From assembly GCF_009914755.1 (NCBI RefSeq), contig NC_060930.1: DNA of 64,000 nt; one strand, 5' to 3'. Position 1 is the first letter of the stretch. Each line of letters opens with the position of its first letter. This DNA comes from the human T2T-CHM13v2.0 reference genome, Homo sapiens. The position numbers and the translations under genes are program-made. The notes under the pieces are model-generated. The model did not search any database and was not told the DNA's origin. It saw nothing but the letters and a program-made list of their open reading frames with translations. This document shows positions 57,031 to 64,000 of the stretch, in pieces.

Positions 57031-57699
57031 GTTCAGAATATTAAAAATGCTGTCCAGTTAGCTCATCTGATAATAATAGTTTTTATTTAAATCATTGTAC
57101 TGCTCTTAAAACCTGTATGACAGAATCCACAATCCCTCCATGACTAGTCAAAAATAGGGAATGCAAGTCTTCTTCCAGAGTGCCATGCAATAGACTTGGA
57201 ATATCCTCAAGTCTCCCTCTGATAAGTGTTTCTAAAAGAAGGTAAACAATCTCTTCTGTCCTGTATTACAAATCAGCCTTCCCTAATTATTGATAAGAGA
57301 ACATGGATTTGATAACTTATCCACTTAAGGTTATATCTGTCTTTTCTAAACTTTCCTTGAAAGGAAGTAGAATGGAATTCTTTGGCCAGGTTCAGCAGGT
57401 GTCACAAAATTACACAGATTCACCTTCAGTTCACTTGCAAGAGGCAGTAAAGCTTATTTTTGCAAATTTTTGGTTTACATAGAAAACCAAGAACTACCAG
57501 CTGACATTATTGATTACATAATTAATCCAGTACATGTTAACTATCAGCTGGTAATTCTTAATGTAATTTTTCAAAATCTGGGACTACAACAATCACTGTC
57601 CTTCAAAACTTTAAGAAAAGAACTTTTTAAATGACAATGTACTTTCTCTTGATTAGATGCTTATAAATTCTTTCATTTATTTTCCCTTTTCTGTCTCTA

Positions 57700-58190
57700 T
57701 TCCACTTCTACTGGCATGTTCTTTCCTTTATGGGTGTAAGATATTTTTATAAATTATTAAAATGTAGATAGTCCTTTCCTGCCATATATATGGTTTAATA
57801 ACTTTTTAGTTTTTTTCTTTAAGTTTTAACTTACTTTATGTAGTTTCAGCCAAGGTAATTTTATTGGCATTGCACTTAATTCATATGTAAATTTAGAAAG
57901 AATAGGCAAAGTTATGTGATTGAGTGTTCACATATAAGAAGGTGGTATAACTTTCCATTCACTAAAGCAAATTTTATAACTATTAGGAGATGTTTAGGCC
58001 TTTCTTGATACAAATTCTATACTTCTTTCATTCACTTCATTCCTTAGTATTTTATATTTTTGCTTATTATTATGAATGTGACTATTTAAATCAATACATT
58101 TTATAAATGCAATTTATAGGCATATATTAAATATTTCAGCTCATGTATTTATTTTATAATTAGTGACTTTATTTATAGAGTCATTTTTGT
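57700..58190 (-). mobile_element. Old L1 (L1ME-like) ORF2 fragment
   Basis: ttttattggcattgcacttaattcatatgtaaatttagaaagaataggca: antisense L1 ORF2. Confidence 0.65.
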
Positions 58191-58407
58191 CTGATATTTA
58201 ATATTGAGATATTTAATATTATGATTCTAGTTAGAACTCATTTACTTATGCAAAAAAAGGTAAGGAAACTGGTCCATGATAGATTCTATCCTCAGTCTTA
58301 GGATTCAATAATATTTCAGGATACATCCAGATATTGCTTACTTTTCATGAACATTGCAAAATACTGAGCCCTTTTGTTCCACATGTCTATAGAAATTATA
58401 AACTATA

Positions 58408-58616
58408 GAGTTGGCTGCCTAATGCAATGGCTACTAGCCACATTACTAATTAAAAGTAAGTTAATTTAAATTAAATAAAATTAAAAATTCAGTTTCTCAT
58501 TTGCATCACATTGGACAGGTTTAAGTGTTTACCAGTTATGTGTGGCTGGTGGAAACAGTATTGAACAGCACAGAAGAATATTTCTATTATTGGAGAAATG
58601 TTCGATTGGACAATCT
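58408..58616 (-). mobile_element. MER3 hAT-Charlie DNA transposon
   Basis: ggctactagccaca...aattaaataaaattaaaaattcagtt...atgtgtggctggtgg...gtattgaacagcacag...attggaca. Confidence 0.85.
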
Positions 58617-58677
58617 AGGCAGAGTACTTAAGGGCTATGGAATCAGTCTGCCTGTCTTTGGATTTGGATTTCATCAT

Positions 58678-59250
58678 TGTAATTGCCATTTATATGTGTT
58701 AAGTAGCCTGGATTAAGGGATGTCCAGATAACTAGTAAAAGATTATTTCTGGCTTTCCAGAAGAGGTTAACACTTGTTAGACAGTTTGTTTGTTTATTTA
58801 TTTTAACTTTTAAGTTCAGGCATACAAGTGCAGAGATTAACATCTGAATCAGTATGCTGAGTGAAGAAAATTTGTTCTCATCAATGTGAACAGGCATCAT
58901 CTAATTCATTGAGGGGCCAGATAGAACAAAAAGGCAGAAGAAGGTCAAATTCATCTTTTTCTTGAGCTGAGGCATCCATCTTTTCCTGTCTTCAGACATT
59001 GCATCTCTTTGTTTTCAGCCTTTAGGATCTGAGACTTCCATCCTCCACTCCAATCCCCAGAGTTCTCAGGTTATTGGCCTAAGACTAGGAGTTTTACCAT
59101 CAGCTCCCCTGCTTTTCAGGTGTTTGGATTCAGACTGAATTGCCCCACCAGCTCTCCTGAGTCCCCAGCTTACAGACAGCACATGATGGAACTTCCCAGG
59201 CTCCATAATCATATGAGACAGTTGCCATGACATTCTCTTATATATCCACA
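58678..59250 (+). mobile_element. MLT2 (ERVL) LTR
   Basis: gattaagggatgtccagataactagtaaaa, gatagaacaaaaaggcagaagaagg, ttggattcagactgaattg, ctccataatcatatgag. Confidence 0.88.
58777..58831 (-). mobile_element. Tiny 5'-truncated L1PA 3' terminus inserted in MLT2
   Basis: tttatttattttaacttttaagttcaggcatacaagtgc; TSD agaggttaaca (58762-58772)/agagattaaca (58832-58842). Confidence 0.75.
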
Positions 59251-59309
59251 AACTACGACATTAGTTATTCTATCATTATTGTTAGTACTGCTACTACTAT
59301 TATTATTTC

Positions 59310-59382
59310 TGTAGCGTAAATATATGTTTTTTAAGCCTTCCTAAGTGTGGTAGTTTGTTAAGCAGTTCTAGGAAACTAATAC
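59310..59382 (+). mobile_element. MLT1 LTR 3' terminal fragment
   Basis: ttttttaagcc...gtgtggtagtttgttaagcagttctaggaaactaataca. Confidence 0.75.
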
Positions 59383-60089
59383 AGACACCATTCCCCAAAC
59401 TCAGAAGGTGGAACCTTCTAGAAAAATGCAGAACATAACACAATATGTAGCTAAATCCAAGACCAGGCCAATTAAAATTTTCTTAAAAATGTATTGCAGT
59501 TCAGTTGCTCCAAATGTATACCTGCTTTACTTGAATTGATTGCCTTTACACGTAGCTTTCTTCTTTATCTCTTACATGTTGTGTTTGTCCTCCTGTAAGC
59601 ACCAAGATATTTGGGTAGGTGCTGTACTTATCTAAGGAGAACGAATAGAGACTATACTAACTGAGAGTTGTAAAGACTATCATCAAATACTACTTAGTCA
59701 AAGTGCAGTGCCTTCTTTTTGTATATGTTGCTAAGTCCCCAGGCTCTGTGTCCAGTCTAGTCCTATCCCTACATATGTCTCCAGGTACAAATATAATTGT
59801 AGTCAATTATTTTCAGGCAACTGCCATATTGACTCAGTACTATAAAAAGTCACCCTGTAGTAGGTCCACACATTCAAAAGTTTTAGCATTTTAGGAAGAC
59901 TGGGGAGACCTCTGGAAGCAACATTTTCTCTGCTTGGATTTTTTTTTATGGGTTTTGAAACTACTTGCAAGTGAGCAAGCCTTTTCTACCTAGCTTTTTA
60001 ATTGGCATGGTCTTGGATTTAGCTATATATTGTGTTATGTTCTGCATTTTTCTAGAAGATTCCACCTTCTGAGTTTGGAGAATCGTGTC

Positions 60090-60524
60090 TGTATTAGTTT
60101 CCTAGAACTGCTTAACAAATTATCATACTTAGGGAGGTTTAAAAAACATATATTTATTCCACAGAGACTAGTAAGTCCAAAATTGAGACAGTGGAAGGGC
60201 TTGCTCTCTATGAAGGCCGTAGGAAGAATCTGCTCAGTTCCCTTCTTTCAGCTCCTAGTGTCGCCAGCATTACTTGGCCTTCGCTGGTTTGTAGATGCAT
60301 CACTGCAATCTCTGCCTCTGTCACTGCATGACATTCTCTAGTGTATCTCTGTTTCTTATTGTTTTATAAATATATCAGTCATAAAAAAGATTTAAGTCGC
60401 ACATTTTTCAGTAGGAGTTAATCTTAGTTACATCAGCAATGACTGATTCAATTTTCAAGTAAAGTCATATTCTGAGATTCTGGGAAAAACAGGAATTTGG
60501 AGGTAACACAACTCAACCCATACT
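60090..60524 (-). mobile_element. MLT1C solo LTR
   Basis: tgtattagtttcctag...tggtttgtagatgcatcactgcaatctctgcctctgtc...cacaactcaaccca. Confidence 0.88.
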
Positions 60525-60874
60525 CTCTCCAACTACTCTCTACTAGAAGGTGTGGTCTTCCACATGTGGAAAGTGTTTTCCCAGTTATGAATTAATTTGA
60601 CCACTTAAATCCTCAGGCCAATAGACTTGCTAATGATCATTGTTCATCTGAGGTAGCAATATAATTTTTTAAATGTTTTTTATTACAATAGGTTTTTGGG
60701 GAACAAATAGTGAATGTTTTGTTACATGAATAAATTCTTTATTGGTGATTTCTGAGATTTTGGTGCACCCATTACTCAAGCAGTGTACATACAGCGTACC
60801 CAATGTGTAGTCTTTTATCCCTCATCACTCCCAACCCTTTCCACTGAGTCCCCAAAGTCTAATGTGTCATTCTT

Positions 60875-60936
60875 TTTTTTTTTTTTTTTGAGACGGAGTC
60901 TCGCTCTGTTGCCCAGGCTGGAGTGCAGTGGCATGA
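60875..60936 (-). mobile_element. Severely 5'-truncated Alu (about 47 bp of body) within L1PB
   Basis: T-run plus gagacggagtctcgctctgttgcccaggctggagtgcagtggc; perfect 15-bp TSD taatgtgtcattctt (60860-60874 / 60937-60951). Confidence 0.95.
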
Positions 60937-61148
60937 TAATGTGTCATTCTTATGTCTTTGTATCGTCATAGCTTAGCTCCCACATATGAGTGAGAATATA
61001 CGATGTTTGGTTCTCCATTCCTGACTTACTTCACTTAGAATAAATCTCCAATTCCATCCAGATTGCTGAAAATGCGATTACTTTATTCCTTTTTATTGCT
61101 GAATACGATTTTTATTGCTGAATACTATTCAATGGTATATACATATGT

Positions 61149-61324
61149 TATATATTTCATATATATTTCATGTATATATTTCATGTATATATTTCATATA
61201 TATATTTCATGTATATATTTCATGTATATATTTCATGTATATATTTCATGTATATATTTCATGTATATTTCATGTATATATTTCATGTATATTTCATGTA
61301 TATATTTCATATATATATATATAT
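61149..61324. repeat. Minisatellite of (TA)TATATTTCATG 11/13-bp units
   Basis: Tandem tatatatttcatg / tatatttcatg units inside the L1PB 3' end. Confidence 0.95.
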
Positions 61325-62216
61325 AATTTTGTTTATCCACTAGTTGATTGATGGGCTGGTTCCATGTTTTTGCAATTGCAAATTGTACTGCTATAATCAT
61401 GCCTGTATAAGTATCTTTTTGTATAATGATTTCCTTTTGAGGTAGCAGCATAATTCTGAATGGAATGCATTTTCTCTCTTTCTTGGACCCTAAGTAAGTA
61501 CCTCAAATTGCTGTCCTTCAAGTTTATATTGGATTCCTACAGCTTCATGAAATTTCTTCACTGTACTATTGAGAATCTAGTTCAGAAAGTCTCCTCTTTG
61601 ATGTTTAACATGACATCCCTTCCATCTCTACTTTGGTGGCTCTGAAATGCTATTAATTCATGACAGTGAATAGGGTTATAGATTTATTTTTATTTTTATT
61701 TTTATCAATTCCATAGGTTACTGGAGAACAGGTGGTGTTTGGTTACATGAGTAAGTTCTTTAGTGGTGATTTGTGAGATTTTGGTGCACCCATCACACAA
61801 GCAGTACACACTGCACCATATTTGTTGTCTTTTATTCTTCACCCCCTTCCCACCCTTTCCCCAAGTCCCCAAAGTCCATTTTGTTATTCTTATGCCTTTA
61901 CATCCTCATAGCTTAGCTCATAGTTATGAGTGAGAACATACAATGTTTGGTTTTCCATTCCTGAGTTACCTCACTTAGAATAACAGTCTCCAGTCTCATC
62001 CAGGTCACCACTGTGAATGCCATTAACTCATTCCTTTTTATAGCTGAGTAGTAGTCCCTCATATACATATATATATATAAAATCACAGTTTCTTTATCCA
62101 TGTTGATTGATGGGGATTTGTGTTGGTTCCACTTTTTTGCAATTGTAAATTGTGCTGCTATAAACATGCATGTGCAAGTATCTTTTTCGTATAATGACTT
62201 CTTTTCCACTGGATAG

Positions 62217-62682
<466 letters not shown>

Positions 62683-64000
62683 TGATTATGGCCATTGTTG
62701 CAGGAGTAAGGTGGTATATCGCACTGTAGTTTTGATTTGCATTTCCCTGGTCATTAGTGATGTTGAGCCGTTTTTTTCTTATGTCTGCTGGCTATTTGTA
62801 TATCTTCATTTGAGAATTGTCTATTGATGTCCTTAGCATAGTTTTTGATGGGATTTCTTTTTTCTTGTTGACTTGTTTGAGTTCATCGTAGATTCTGGAT
62901 ATTAGTCCTTTGTCAGATGTATAGATTGTGAAGATTTTTTTCCCACTCCATGAGTTTTCTGTTCACTCTGCTGACTATTCCTTTTGCTGTGCAAAAGCTC
63001 TTTAGTTTAAGTCCTAGAAATTTATCTTTGTTTTTATTGCATTTGCTTTTGGGATCTTGCTCATAAAATCCTTGCCTAAGCCAATGTCTAGGAGAGTTTT
63101 TCCAATGTTCTAGAATTTTTATAGTTTCAGTTCTTAGATTTAAGTCATTAATCCATCTCGAGTTGATTTTTTTATAAGGTGAGAGATGAGGATTTCATTC
63201 ATTCTTCTACATGTGGCTTGCCAATTATTCCAGGACCATTTGTTGAAAAGGATGTTCTTTCCACACTTCATGTTTTTGTTTTCTTTGTCAAAGATAAGTT
63301 GGCTGTAAATATTTGGTTTTATTTCTGGATTCTTTGTTCTGTTCCACTGGTCTATGTGCCCATTTTTGTATGAGTACCATGATGTTTTGGTGACTATAGC
63401 CTTATAGTATAGTTTCAAATTAGGTAATGTGATGCCTCCAGATTTGTTCCTTTTGCTTAGTCTTGCTTTGGCTATGTGGGCTCTTTTTTGGTTCCATGTG
63501 AATTTTAGAATTGTTTTTCCTAATTCTGTGAGGAATAATGGTGGTATTTTGATGGGAATTGCATTGAATTTGTAGATTGCTTTTGCCAGTATGGTCATTT
63601 TCACAATGTTGAGTCTACCCATCCATGAACATGGGATGTGTTTCTAATTGTTTGTGTCATCTATGATTTCTTTCAGCAGTGTTTTGTAGTTTTTCTTGTA
63701 GAGGTCTTTCACCTCCTTGGTTAGGTATAGTCCTACATATTTTATTTTATTTTTCTTTGCAGCTATTGTAAAAGGGGTTGTGTTCTTGATTTGATTCTCA
63801 GCTTGGTTGCTGTTGATATATAGAAGAGCTACTGATTTGTGTACATTAATTTTGTATCTGGAAACTTTGCTAAATTAATTTGCCTGTTCTAGGAGCTTTT
63901 TGGAGGAGTATTTGGGGTTTTCTAGGTAAATGATAATAACATCAGCAAACAGTGACAATTCAAATTCCTCTTTACCAATTTGAATGCTCTTTATTTGTTT

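Larger units (their letters stand above)
60667..61437 (-). mobile_element. 5'-truncated L1PB 3' end
   Basis: ggtgatttctgagattttggtgcaccca; TSD tgaggtagcaatataatt (60649-60666)/tgaggtagcagcataatt (61438-61455). Confidence 0.92.

Noticed and set aside
61063-61451. Repetitive ORFs (YISCIYFM / MKYIHEIY)
   Set aside because: Translation of the TATATTTCATG minisatellite.
60667-62200. Two adjacent similar L1PB 3' ends as a tandem duplication
   Set aside because: The first has its own TSD and the two differ at many sites; independent insertions are more likely.
63140-63622. 160-aa ORF ([25 protein letters not shown]...)
   Set aside because: Fragment of L1 ORF2 in a decayed L1PB, not a host gene.

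Overview
AT-rich primate (human-like) non-coding DNA, either intergenic or deep intronic. It carries Alu/FLAM, L1PA/PB/MA, MaLR (MLT1), ERVL (MLT2, LTR33, MER68-like), L2, MIR and hAT (MER3, MER63, MER102) relics. I can support no protein-coding gene, RNA gene or CRISPR array: the ORF track consists of short chance ORFs, Alu-derived ORFs and decayed L1 ORF1/ORF2 pieces. Repeat family names come from recalled consensus sequences and need RepeatMasker/Dfam confirmation. The notable structure is not explained by ordinary TE annotation. (1) A 317-bp, 99%-identical inverted repeat of apparently non-TE sequence (47175-47491 / 49251-49567) flanks a 1.76-kb spacer. (2) A two-piece templated insertion, one inverted and one direct copy of nearby downstream DNA, splits an MLT1D LTR at 55247-55583. 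(3) A MaLR provirus at 18911-19947 has the same large internal deletion in both LTRs. (4) There are several further template-switch or repair scars and a dispersed 63-bp direct repeat. I see no evidence for a new gene-encoded system; the strongest candidates are structural or RNA-structural.
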